The notes under the pieces: model-generated
Told to the model about the DNA's origin: nothing
The model's database searches: none
Seen by the model: the letters and a program-made list of their open reading frames with translations, nothing else
NCBI GenBank assembly: GCA_964016885.1
Contig: OZ024740.1
Span: forward strand, 208,816,001-208,880,000
From: Eledone cirrhosa
Taxonomy: Eukaryota
Reading direction: 5' to 3'
Length of the DNA: 64,000 nt
Program-made: the position numbers and the translations under genes
Shown: positions 13,931-26,897 of the stretch, piece by piece
Layout: each line of letters begins with the position of its first letter
Numbering within the stretch: position 1 is the first letter of the stretch

Positions 13931-14010
13931 TTGGGTCGTCAAGTATGCAATTTGTAGTGAGGCATTAACAAACTTTGTTTTTTCTACAAATTTCATACTT
14001 GACGACCCAA
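13931..14010. mobile_element. 80-bp Tc1/mariner-type MITE with 27-bp TIRs and TA TSD
   Basis: TA|TTGGGTCGTCAAGTATGCAATTTGTAG ... CTACAAATTTCATACTTGACGACCCAA|TA (1 mismatch between TIRs). Confidence 0.85.
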
Positions 14011-14142
14011 TACCTTAATGACGTTAAAAACCTACAGGCAAAGATGATATTCCCGCAGCTAACTTTGGGATTAACGCGATTACGATTGTAATTAAAGTAA
14101 ATTATCATTAAGCCACGTAAAGTCATTCTACTTTATATTTGG

Positions 14143-14350
14143 TTTGGCAGAATCGGTAGAGCGTCGGACTAAATGCTTCGCGGTATAGAGTTACGGCCCT
14201 TTACATTCTGATTTAAAAATCCCGCCCAGGTTAGCTTTGCCTTTCATCCTTATGGGATCGATAAAATAAAGTACCAGTCACGCATTGGGGTCGATTTAAT
14301 CGACTTTCCCTATCCCCAAAATTGTTGGCCTTGTGCTTAAAGTAGAAACA
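14143..14350 (+). mobile_element. SINE family 1 copy
   Basis: TGGCAGAATCGGTAGAG head, core and GGCCTTGTGC..AAGTAGAAACAA tail. Confidence 0.85.
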
Positions 14351-14885
14351 ACTATTAAGTAAACGAATAATCGCATCAAAGAATTCTAAGTCGCATATTA
14401 CTTCACAAATCCAAGTTGTACACACGCATACCCACAGACACTGTTCAAATTCCTTAACACCGGTAGCAATCAGATTTTGCCACTGGGCCCTGTCTGTTAC
14501 AATATTTCCTATGTTTCCATGTTAATGTTGACCTTCTTCATACATACATACATACATAAGCACGTAAACACACACACAGATGTACACATATTTGTATGTG
14601 TATCGGGGACCGCGGAGCTGCTTTTAGGAGGAGAGGGCACCTAGACATATGATATAAATATATAAAGGATAACAAAATATCGTTATAGGTAATCCAGTTA
14701 GAGGTTGTGAATACTTCTTATTATGGATAGCTTTAGCGTACGGCGTTGTTTGACTCAACAAGGGGTTTACGTGGATGACGAGTTTATGATTTCACTTGTA
14801 TTCCTATATAATTTTATCTTGGAGTAATAAAATTGAAAAAGTGGAGAATAACATGGTCAACAGTATAAAAAAGGGGGATTTATTT

Positions 14886-14997
14886 ACAGTCTAACAATTG
14901 TTTCACTGATAAAGATGTCTAAAAATTGCTGAACACTAGAAGCAGTGCCACTCAATTTTAAATACGATGTTAGCTCGATCAGATCTTCGGAAACTGT
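14886..14997 (-). ncRNA. Type I hammerhead ribozyme motif with extended stem II (C4 core variant)
   Basis: Minus strand reads ACAGTTT-CCGAAGA-tCTGAT..ATCAGt-GAAAC-AATT-GTT-AGACTGT. Stems I, II and III are all complementary. Confidence 0.6.
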
Positions 14998-15242
14998 TAT
15001 TGAAAATATATGTAACCGGCAAATTTACAAATTCAAATTACATTATCAATAATAATATTAATAATAAAGATATAGAGAGAAAAGAAGGAAGAAAGGGAGA
15101 TAGATACAGTAAAGAAAGAAAGGAAAGGAAAAAGAAAAAAGAAGGAAAAAGAAAAAGAGAAAGAGAAAAAAGAAGAAAAAGGAGAAAATATTACAGAGAA
15201 AAAAACATATAAAGAGAAGAAAATATATATAAAATTATGATA

Positions 15243-16600
<1,358 letters not shown>

Positions 16601-16624
16601 ATTATATATATATATATATATATA

Positions 16625-16797
16625 TATTAGTTATGTAATGAACAACATAAGGTAATTATTTCATTTACCAATGGTTTCTTGAAAGAAACCACTGGTAAAT
16701 GAAATAATTATCTTATTTTGTTTATTACATAACTAATAAGCTCTGTAACCTACATAGAGCACTCTTTTTTCGTGGACCTTTCCGACAGAATCACTTC
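16625..16797 (+). mobile_element. Mini foldback (~55-bp arms) plus one-sided tail between (TA)n tracts
   Basis: TATTAGTTATGTAAT...ATTACATAACTAATA hairpin. The apex contains the hammerhead 3' half GAAAC-CACTG-GTA. Confidence 0.65.
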
Positions 16798-17197
16798 ATA
16801 TATATATATATATATATATATATCACGATACATTAACGGGGCCATAGACTCTCGCCGTTCCCTGTAAAAAGTTGATTTTGCGTTCACATGACCTCTACCG
16901 ACCAATCAAAATTGTTTTGACCACAAGCATTTTTGCAACACAAAAATAACGCTGGAGCCACTTTTTTTAACATAAAAACAGGTAGAATTCCCACAACTAA
17001 TCAGATCAGAGCAAACAGCACGGACACTCTATCTCAAAATTATTTTTGAAAAGCATTTAGAAATGCGCAACCGGTAAAAACTTAAAAACTTAAAACCACA
17101 ACTGAATACTAACCCATACAATCACTAATACTCTTTTATTCCTAATTAAACCATTTTTCAACTGTGAACAATTTGTCAGCATTTTCTATTCCGTTTA

Positions 17198-17245
<48 letters not shown>

Positions 17246-17248
<3 letters not shown>

Positions 17249-18775
17249 TTGCGAGGTTTTTTATATGAAATCGTGTGTCGAAACAGATATTGTTATATTT
17301 GGGGAGGGTCATATTTGCGTAATATTGCCAGAATTAATAACAGAACACACTCACTGTTTGGTTGGTTTTCGCTTCTCGCTGTCTTTTATATATATATATA
17401 TATCTGCGATCTAACTTACTCGGTCCTCAATGTTGCCATTGACTGACCGGCGGTCAAAAATAATACAGATACAATATAGACACAAACACATATATATATA
17501 GTTTACATAATTTACATAAATCTTTCGTTGCACATCTGCAACATCGTCAGTGGTGTTATATTCATTGTTCCTCCTGTTGTGTTGTATGTCTACGCCATTT
17601 TTTTGTTCAGTCTGTCTATATATTTATTTATTTATTTGCTTGTTTGTTTATCTTATTTTATTTTGTCTTCTTTGCGCATGCGTTTGCGTGTGTGTATAGT
17701 GTTATGTGTGATGTGTGACTAGTGTGTATAGTGTTGTGTCTGCTGGGTGACTAGTGTGTGTTTATGTGCTTGTGTATGTATTTATTTAAAAGCCAGGAAC
17801 CACCATAAAATCCCTGATCAGCAAAACCTACCCTTTTAAGAAAACCCACTGTACCAATAGGAAATGTATCATTTGTAAGGTGAACCCCCGGATAAACTGT
17901 AAAACTAGAAACGTAGCCTATAGCATAAGATGTACAGAGGGTACTTGCAGAAACATGACAACAACATACATAGGTGAGACAGCTCGTAGCATAGGTGAAA
18001 GGATAGACCAACACTGGGGGGAACTAAAAGGACGAAAAAACGGGTCAGTACTATACGAACATGCTAGACAACAACATGACGGTAACATAGACAACATAGA
18101 AATTAGAATAATATCTAAACATAAGAATGACCCAGCAGATAGGCAAATCAGAGAGGCCAGTGAAATAGAAATTAGAAGATCAAAGCTAAACAGAAAGAAT
18201 GAGTGGAACAACAACAACACCCAAACAAACAACACTGACCTAAGAGAAGTATAAATAAGTAAATAAAATTAAATAAAATAAGATAAATAAATACATACAC
18301 AAGCACATAAACACACACTAGTCACCCAGCAGACACAACACTATACACACTAGTCACACATCACACATAACACTATACACACACGCAAACGCATGCGCAA
18401 AGAAGACAAAATAAAATAAGATAAACAAACAAGCAAATAAATAAATAAATATATAGACAGACTGAACAAAAAAATGGCGTAGACATACAACACAACAGGA
18501 GGAACAATGAATATAACACCACTGACGATGTTGCAGATGTGCAACGAAAGATTTATGTAAATTATGTAAACTATATATATATGTGTTTGTGTCTATATTG
18601 TATCTGTATTATTTTTGACCGCCGGTCAGTCAATGGCAACATTGAGGACCGAGTAAGTTAGATCGCAGATATATATATATATAAAAGACAGCGAGAAGCG
18701 AAAACCAACCAAACAGTGAGTGTGTTCTGTTATTAATTCTGGCAATATTACGCAAATATGACCCTCCCCAAATAT

Positions 18776-18783
<8 letters not shown>
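17246..18783 (+). mobile_element. 5'-truncated Penelope-like element with ~500-bp inverted repeats (17287-17788 / 18284-18783)
   Basis: The arms are essentially identical (mirror ORFs 17528..17722 and 18350..18544). They flank a GIY-YIG frame and are bounded by (TA)n. Confidence 0.88.
17790..18254 (+). pseudogene. GIY-YIG endonuclease C-terminal frame of a Penelope-like retroelement (5'-truncated)
   Basis: The frame is open from the inversion junction: KPGTTIKSLISKTYPFKKTHCTNRKCIICK..NCKTRNVAYSIRC..YIGETARSIGERIDQH..QIREASEI..LNRKNEW. This gives a Cys-rich linker plus VAY-YIG motifs. Confidence 0.85.
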
Positions 18784-18827
<44 letters not shown>

Positions 18828-18886
18828 GTAGAACATTGGTGGCAGTAGAGCACTCAGTCCATGAGACGAGTTTGGTAGAAGTAGTG

Positions 18887-19023
18887 CCACAACAGTTAGT
18901 TCACCATACCAAGAACAAATGTTTCACCTTATTCGGATCCTCAGCTCGGTCTGATCCTCCTCGAGCTGAGGATTCGAATAAGGTGAAACATTTGTTCTCG
19001 GTATGGTGAACTAACTGTTGTGG
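18887..19023. mobile_element. Mini foldback consisting essentially of two mirror minimal hammerheads
   Basis: Plus strand 18962-19000: CGAG-CTGAGGA-short stem-GAAAC-ATTT-GTT-CTCG. A mirror copy lies on the minus strand at ~18910-18948. Confidence 0.7.
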
Positions 19024-19187
19024 AAGTATTGCACCAAGAAAAATACAAATATCGGCAATATATATATACCATATTCCCTGCTTAGATAGTTATGCTATAC
19101 GAGTCAAATTCTCTGGTAAGCAGTTTTCTTGTTTAAGCATTCATTCCTGATATACATATACAAAACCTTATCTACCTTCACACACCA

Positions 19188-19275
<88 letters not shown>

Positions 19276-19277
<2 letters not shown>

Positions 19278-19570
19278 TAGCAGAGGTACCCCGCGTTCCT
19301 CGGATATTAAATAGCAGTTGTGTATAACATTTATGTCAATACTTCAGTGCTGCTTCGAAAACTATACTTTTACAAAATCATCGGCTTTTTTCCAAAAGGG
19401 GGTTCCTGCCCCCAGGGGTCCCCTGCTCAATATGTGCCAATTCTGAGAGTTCACATTCATCTGTAGGACAAACATAGCCCATGTGTCAAGTTTTGTGAAA
19501 ATCGGTTGCGAACTCCAGAACATAAGTAACCTATGTTTTAAGTTTGGTGAAAATACTGTAGAAATGCATA
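19276..19570 (-). mobile_element. Non-autonomous Helitron-like element 3' portion
   Basis: Minus strand ends CCGAGGAACGCGGGGTACCTCTG-CTAGT (subterminal hairpin plus CTAG) into (TA)n. Confidence 0.5.
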
Positions 19571-19581
19571 AGGTTTATACA

Positions 19582-19745
<164 letters not shown>

Positions 19746-20279
19746 CGTTTGTGGGTGTGGGTGTATTTGTGTGTGCGTATGTATGTGTATGTCCGTCGGG
19801 GCATGCGTATGTACTGGCCTAAATCTTCACTATTTACTTTTACTATTTTAATAACCTCTGTCATTTTCGTTTTCAATTTTATTTACATCATTCTTAAACT
19901 CCGGGGCTGGAAATCATTCTGTTATTTTAAATAGAATATTAGTCTAACGACTCCATTTATATCATAAACTTGGTCTTGTCTTTGCATGAAATTGTTCTTC
20001 TCGGTCCGCATAACGACGTATTATCCTCGCTTTTTTTCCGTTCATTGCCAGGGAACGTCTTCACGAACCAAAATATCGTCTTCTTGTTTTCCTTAGGTTG
20101 CAACGTTTTATATATATATATGTATGTATATATTTGTTTTGCAAAGAACTTTGATTTACTATATATACATATAGTTATATCTATATTTTTAACTGTTGGT
20201 CAATCAATGATAAACATAAATTAACTATAGGTATATAAAATATACGGAAGCGAAAACCAACCCAAACCAAACAGTGAGT

Positions 20280-20456
20280 GCAGTATCGGTAGAGGGTGGG
20301 ACGCCATGCTTTGCAGCATAGTTACGTCCCTTTACGGACTGAGTTCAAATCCCGCCGAGGTTAACTTTGCCTTTCATCCTTACGGGGTCGATAAAATAAA
20401 GTACCAGTAATACACTGGGATAATTGCTGGCCTTGTGCCAAAAGTAGAAACAATTA
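20280..20456 (+). mobile_element. SINE family 1 copy, inserted into a copy of the TGACCCTCCCCAAATATAACAA module (20245-20505)
   Basis: SINE core present. The flanks match the outer arm sequence of the 17246-18783 element. Confidence 0.8.
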
Positions 20457-20514
20457 TATATTCCTGACAATATTATAATAATATGACCCTCCCCAAATAT
20501 AACAACATATACAT

Positions 20515-20527
20515 ATGTGTGTGTGTA

Positions 20528-20571
<44 letters not shown>

Positions 20572-20726
20572 CGTGTGTGTCTGTGTGTGTGTCTGTGTCT
20601 GTATGTGTGTGTGTGTGTGTGTGTCTGTGTGTCTGTGTGTATGTGTGTGTCTGTGTCTGTGTGTGTGTGTGTGTGTCTCTCTCTCTCTCTGTATGTGTGT
20701 GTGTGTCTGTGTGTCTGTGCATGTGT

Positions 20727-20798
<72 letters not shown>

Positions 20799-20801
20799 GT
20801 A

Positions 20802-20833
<32 letters not shown>

Positions 20834-20933
20834 TCTCTGTGTCTGTGTGTGTGTCTGTGTGTCTGTGTGTCTGTGTGTGTGTGTGTGTGTATGTGTCTCT
20901 TTCTCTCGCTCTCTCTCTCTCTGTATGTGTGTG

Positions 20934-20964
<31 letters not shown>

Positions 20965-21041
20965 GTGTATGTGTGTCTGTGTGTGTGTGTCTCTCTCTCT
21001 CTCTCTCTCTCTCTGTATGTGTGTATGTGTGTGTGTGTGTG
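20515..21041. repeat. Compound (GT)n/(CT)n/(GTCT)n microsatellite
   Basis: Directly visible. Confidence 0.95.
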
Positions 21042-21290
21042 AATACCTTCCACCCTATCAAGAGTGTTGAAGAACCCAAAGTGTGACGTGTGTGCTGTCC
21101 TTTCTGACCAACAGATAAAGCTTCTGTTCTGACTCAGCGATTTTAAAATATCATGTGCTTAGCCTGGAATTGAACACATCGCCTATTAATTCAATACCTT
21201 ATACATCCGGTTCTATTATTTTGGTGCGTAAAAGGTCTCTGAGGACTTGTTCAACCTATGCCAGCATGGAAAACGGACAGTAAATAATGT

Positions 21291-21328
<38 letters not shown>

Positions 21329-21549
21329 ACAATGATGATGAAGATGCTGATGCTGATGATGATGATGATGATGACGACGATGACGACGTGGACAATGTTG
21401 ACGATGATGATGACGATAGTCTTAGTCATGCATGAAGGTGCTGTCGATACGATTTACCCAAGATGATTTCTTGGTAATGTTTCGCTTTAGGGACAGCAAA
21501 CAGTCTGTTGTATAGGGGAAGGTTAATATCGAAAAAAATAGAAATTAAT

Positions 21550-22530
21550 CTTTTTCTCTTCTTTTTCGCCCACTTATTTCTGAGAGAGACGTGGGGGGGG
21601 GGGGGGTCCTCAAACACTCCTTCCAGCGGATCCCGTCAGAAGCAACCACTTCCAAATGATCCGGCTGGAACCCTGAGTGAGACCAGCCAAGGTCATGGAT
21701 GCTATCCAGCCATCTAGATCAGGGTCTACCCCTGGGTCTCCTGCCTGGGTCTCTTGGTTTTACTCGTAAAATCTGCCCAGCGATTCTTTCCTGAGATATT
21801 CTAACCACGGGCCCATTGTATCGGAGCTGTGATATCTCAATTCTGAGAAGTAGCATCTCTACCAGGAGTGACTCTCTGATCTCCGAGCTACACTCTCTAT
21901 CGAGTAACGTTATTCCAAAGTCCCTTCGGAGGAGCCATATTTCGGCCCCTTGTATACCCGATCGTATTCTTTCGGTCATTACCCTAGATTCATGACCGTA
22001 GGTAAAGGTTGGCACGAATACCGAATTGAAGATAGCGAGTTTGGCTTTTACACCTATCTCCTGCTGATGATGACCTAATACTGGAGCTGGCACATTACTG
22101 CGCACCACCTCCTGCAATTCATGACCTTAATTCAGCCTCCTGACTTTCATCACTCGTGAACACGGCCCTGAGATACTTGAACTTCTCTACCTGCTTCAGT
22201 AAAACTCCATTTACATGTAGAGTGCACTGCGCAGACTTTTTTGAGAGGACGATCATCTCAGTTTTTGCGGCACTGATTTTCATTCCAGCTATGCAGCACT
22301 CGGCATCAAACCTATCAAATGCCTGTCGAATTAAGTAAAACAATGTCGTCTGCAAATTCCAGCTGACTGATTCTACACATGCCAGTCGTGAAACCACTTC
22401 CAACCCGGCTGCGCATGTCAATCCTGTTCATGAAAATAATGAACAGAAGAGGTGACAGTACGCACCCTTGGCGGAGTCTGACTCCCACATTGAACAGCTT
22501 CGATTTAGCACCATTTACCCAAACACAAAT
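21550..22530 (-). mobile_element. Decayed RTE-like LINE (RT to 3' end)
   Basis: Frameshifted ORFs: VGVRLRQGCVLSPLLFIIFM..LEFADDIVLL, GMKISAAKTE..QVEKFKYL, and YGHES..QLRYNG..GRRPRGRP. Confidence 0.88.
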
Positions 22531-22811
22531 ACTCAGGCATTCGTATATAAGAACAATAATCATTCGGAAATAGTCTTTCAGGTGATTGGTTAAAAAATAA
22601 TCGAAAGGGGAAAAATTTAAAACAGAGAAGCAAGTACCTTTCATTTTCAATACTTTTCACTTTCTATTGCCTGCAATTTTATACACCTAAAGCGAAACAT
22701 CTACTCTTTTTTTATTTCTAAAGTCCTTACATGTCACTCAGTTTAAAACCATTTTCAGATTCTATGGTTCTTTTAATGGCGTTCGCCTCATTTCAATAAA
22801 TGTGTTTAACT

Positions 22812-23090
22812 TTGTGGTTAGCGTGCTGGGCTCACGATCGTAATGTCGTGGGTTTGACACCTGGTGACTATGGACCAAACAACTCATTGTGTTTTTGAAC
22901 AAGACTCTTTATTTCCTGTTGCCCCCTGTCCACTCAACTGGAAAAATGAATAGCAGCAGTACTTTGGGTTATCCTTGGAAAGGTTTGGTGTCCTGCCGGG
23001 GAGTGGAGTTGTGTACTCTCAGTTGATTGACGCCAATGAATCTGGAATAATCTCCGGTCTTATGAATCTCTTGACTTGAGACAGACTTTA
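22812..23090 (+). mobile_element. tRNA-derived SINE, family 2 (CORE/V-like; other copies 26600-26730 -, 43560-43815 -, 44563-44830 +, 55480-55610 +, 56350-56590 +)
   Basis: GTGGTTAG tRNA-like head, then TTGAGCAAGACACTTTATTTC..TTGCTCCAGT.CACTCAGCTG..AAATGAGTA core, shared among the copies. Confidence 0.75.
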
Positions 23091-23637
23091 ACTGAACTAA
23101 CCCTGTTTCAAGCTCTCAGATAAATTAAACGTGTCAGAAAAAAGCGATAGATAACGTTTTCCATTGAAGTCTGATACTTTCGGATAGCTTTAAACTAGCA
23201 AACCCATGGTTGCCTTGTCAATTGATGTATAGTTTTGTATTATGTTCTACAATTTGTAACTGATGCTCCTTTCTTAAAAGTATAGGAATGAGAGATTCCA
23301 ATATGATGTCACTAAACCCCAGCTATGGTCATCTAGGGTTCAATCAACTACGGTGTCTTAACATTTTTCTCCTCTTTTCATAATACAAACCTAAATGCTA
23401 GAATACTTTCAAGAATTCAAACAGGGTATAACTACAATTTAGTGTCTCGATCGACTTTGTTTTCTCATAAATTTCTAAAATAATGTATATTTTAAAATAA
23501 AATTTTACAGAGTTGTTTCCGAATATTTAGATTACCAACGTGTTGAGGAAATTTACTTTTTTCATTATAGTTTATTGCGATTACTTAAACATGAAGAAGT
23601 GAATATATCAATAATACTTTTATTATTTATACATTTT

Positions 23638-24290
23638 TGGTAGAGCGTCGGACAGCCTGCTTCACAGTATAGAGTTACAGCCCTTTACATTCTGAGTTCA
23701 AATCCCACTGAGGTTAGCTTTGCCTTTCATCCTTAAAAAGTCGATAAAATAAAGTACCAGTAATGCACTTGGGACTTTTCCCTCCAACAAAATTGTTGGC
23801 TTTGTGCCTAATTCAAAAACCATTTTTATACTTTTGTTTATTAATCTTATTGTTCAATGGAAACAATTTCTTGGAAATTTTCTGAACATAATCGTAATCC
23901 AACCACCTCACCCAACGTATCTCTGCAAAATTTCATAATGTAATGTTTTAAGAAAGCTATGAAGTAAGAAATGTTAACATCGCCCAACTAAACTAAAGAA
24001 ATACCTGCAAAAGCTATGGGCACAATTTCTCCAATACAAACTAAATTTAATTTTCTAAAAAGTAAGAAACTTTATAGAGTTGCATTTTCGGTTAAAAAAA
24101 AAAAGATACTATAATGCTATAAAATTCAATAAGGCGTTGCTAATTACCCAGCATAGTTACGTCCCTTTACGATCTGTGTTCAAATCCCGTCGAGGTCAAC
24201 TTTGCCTTTCATCCTTACGGGGTCGATAAAATAAAGTACCAGTAATGCACTGGGTAATTTGCTGGCCTTGTGCCAAAAGTAGAAACAATT
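23638..24290 (+). mobile_element. Two SINE family 1 copies (23638-23820, 24150-24290)
   Basis: B-box plus core plus tail in each. Confidence 0.8.
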
Positions 24291-24699
24291 AAGATATAAA
24301 TGACCATTTTCCAAGGGGAATAACTCTTATCATTGACATTAGAGTTATGTTTGCTTGTTTGCCTTAAAAAAAAAGAAAAGAAAAAAGAATGACATATCCA
24401 CTTTCGTTTCAAACTTATTGTTTATCAAACTCCGCTGTACACAACATTGTAAATAAATAAATAAATAAATCCTCAATACCTTTCTTGTTTTTATATTTTG
24501 TATTTTAATTGTTACTGAAGTATAATAAAATATATTTTTTCGTTTAGAATTATTTTTAGGGACAAGCAATCTAAAAGTAATACAGTATGTGAGAGTAATT
24601 ATTGCGAATACAATTTACTCTCTCGTACATATAAAAGTACGCAAAATAGAGTAAAATATTTTTTTTTTAAACATGCACACTACCTCAGTTACCCACCGG

Positions 24700-25950
24700 A
24701 ACAGGGAAGGCTAGCGTTTCCCTTCCAAAATTTTTGAGGTAACCCAAAACATTTTCAGCATCACTGCGAGTAATAATGAGGCACTGGAACAGCTAAGCGC
24801 ACCCACGAGCACATCTAATATTTCAGTAAGACTAGCTTCTACGGCTCAGCTCCTCCGAACGTCTTGAATACCTCCGTTTGAGAAAATGTAATTCACCTAT
24901 AAATTGTGGTATTTCAGTATGTTATTCCGTTTGGTTATGAATTAAATAACCCCCACCTCCGTCACAGTATTTAGGATTTATAATGGAGCGAAGGAGGTGC
25001 TAACAGTAGCGTCCCTTATGAAACATTTACCTATAGCCTAAGTGCAAAGGGTAGGTCCATCTGGCCTTTTCACGCCGACCTTGGTGGATACAACTAGCTT
25101 TAAAATTGAAGGTATATTAACTCTGGTTAAGGCTCATTTTATAAATAACTTCAACTTGCCACATCGATATTTTCATCTCTTATAAACATCAGTCCCAACT
25201 CTCAGTACGATAGAGTTGTGGATCTCATCTGGCTTAAGTAAACCACCGATGTTCGCTGCAGACAAAACATCAGCTCAGACCCCAGAAATTTTGAAACTCG
25301 CAGAAAGCAGGTAACATCTTGAATATTGATAGAGTTAATCAAAGAGAGAGTCTAAAATATATTTCCAGTCATAATTGTGCCAATCTCTCTGAGTCAATTG
25401 ATTCTGCCCTGAAACTGACAAACCTACAACTTTATTCACTGCCCTGTTTGGGTGAGTCCGTATTAGAAAGAAGGGAGGCTACTCACGAAAGAGAGCTTAC
25501 TGTGAATAAAAGAAAGGAAGCATAGAAGAGATGGGGGAAGTTGTTTACGTAAACTTAGACCCTTTGTGTCCTTTGAGCAACGCAAAAGACTGGTCACCTG
25601 ATTCCGAAATAAGTTTAACATTAATCAGACTTTTGAGCTTCTCGCGGATAAGGTCATCAAAAGGTGCAGGACGATGATGATGATAATCCAAATAAGGGGA
25701 CAACCTCTAAAGACGTATAATAACTTGGAGGTCAAGAGATAATTCCTTAGAATAAAAAAGAAGCTTGATAGGGTTCAATAACATCGATGTTTTTAAAGCA
25801 ATTCTTTAAGATTTGGCGTCTTAGAGAGAAAAATGGGCTCGAAAGCATGTTGAGACTCCAATGGCTCACCATGCTAACGAGGTGTTGAAAAGGGGCTATG
25901 ATGAAGCCTGAAGTTATGAAAAGAGATGATTGAGAAGCCAAAATTCCCAT
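24700..25950 (-). mobile_element. Decayed CRE-clade non-LTR retrotransposon (restriction-like endonuclease region)
   Basis: Manual minus-strand translation near 25000-25250 gives GGLLKPDEIHNSIVLRVG..YRCG..ALTRVNIPSIL..KRPDGPTL..GKCFIRDATV, which resembles the CRE RPDGxTLxPWxxGKxLxWDAT motif. Confidence 0.6.
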
Positions 25951-25984
25951 GTGGAAACATTAACTTGAAAGTTCCTACAACCAA

Positions 25985-26091
25985 GTTGTTGTTGTTGTTG
26001 TTGTTCTTCTTCTTCTTCTTCTTCTTCTTCTTCTTCTTCTTCTTCTTCTTCTTCTTCTTCTTCTTCTTCTTCTTCTTCTTCTTCTTCTTCT
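25985..26091. repeat. (TTG)n(TTC)n microsatellite, probably an expanded tail of an RTE 3' end at 26092-26130 (-)
   Basis: Visible repeat. The adjacent CCCACTTATT.CTGAGAG matches the RTE 3' end at ~21570. Confidence 0.85.
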
Positions 26092-26897
26092 CCCACTTAT
26101 TCCTGAGAGGTGGAGTCACAGTCCTCAACCACTCCTTTCAACGGAATAGGGAGGAAAACATATTGCAACCTCCATTTCATGCTGTAAAAATTAGTGAGAG
26201 ACCTGCGATTTGGCCGGGAAGGCATGGGATGGACGCACAAAGATTGTGTGTCCCGAGACCCTCAAAGAGGATTCGGAAGGGAGCAAACCTTGACAATCGT
26301 TACCTGAAACATCACAACCAAGTTCAATTATTATATATTTTGCCGTAGCGAGATCCCAGTCTGTCATCCCCCCGCCTCCGCTAAACAAGTATAATCAAAG
26401 TAGCGGACATTTAAATCCTAGCTAGACTCTATCATCCTCCACATCATTATCATCAGTTTTCCATCCGTCTCTTCATGCTGGCATGGGTTGGACGAAGGCC
26501 GGACCTTATCACAGTTTTGTGTAGTGTTAAACGACTGATAGTACAACATTTTCCCGTCGGAGAGTTAACTATAGCTGCTGCTGTTCTTGGTAGTACTAAT
26601 GTTCCAGTTGAATGAACTGGAGCAACACGAAATGAAGTGTCTTGCTGAAGGTCGCAACTCACCAATTTGTCCGGGTATCGAACACACACATTACAATCGT
26701 GAGACCAGCACCCTAACCAGTAAACCACGCGCTTTCACCAAGTCAGAACCTAACCTAAAAATATCATCGATGTCCGCAATAATTCGCCAGAAATGTTTAG
26801 ATAGAAACACGAACATTCATTGTTGTAGCGTGTAACTGAAGGAGTGCGCATGTCTCATTTTCTTGATGTATTTTACTCATTTTTATATGTAAATCAG

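Noticed and set aside
17790-18254. Selenocysteine (in-frame UGA) in the PLE Cys-rich linker, as reported for some Naiad elements
   Set aside because: All linker cysteines are TGT/TGC and no in-frame TGA is present.
18522-18549. Complete hammerhead in the GIY-YIG element arms
   Set aside because: Core and stem II are present, but I could not find convincing stem I or III pairing, so it is reported only as a core.
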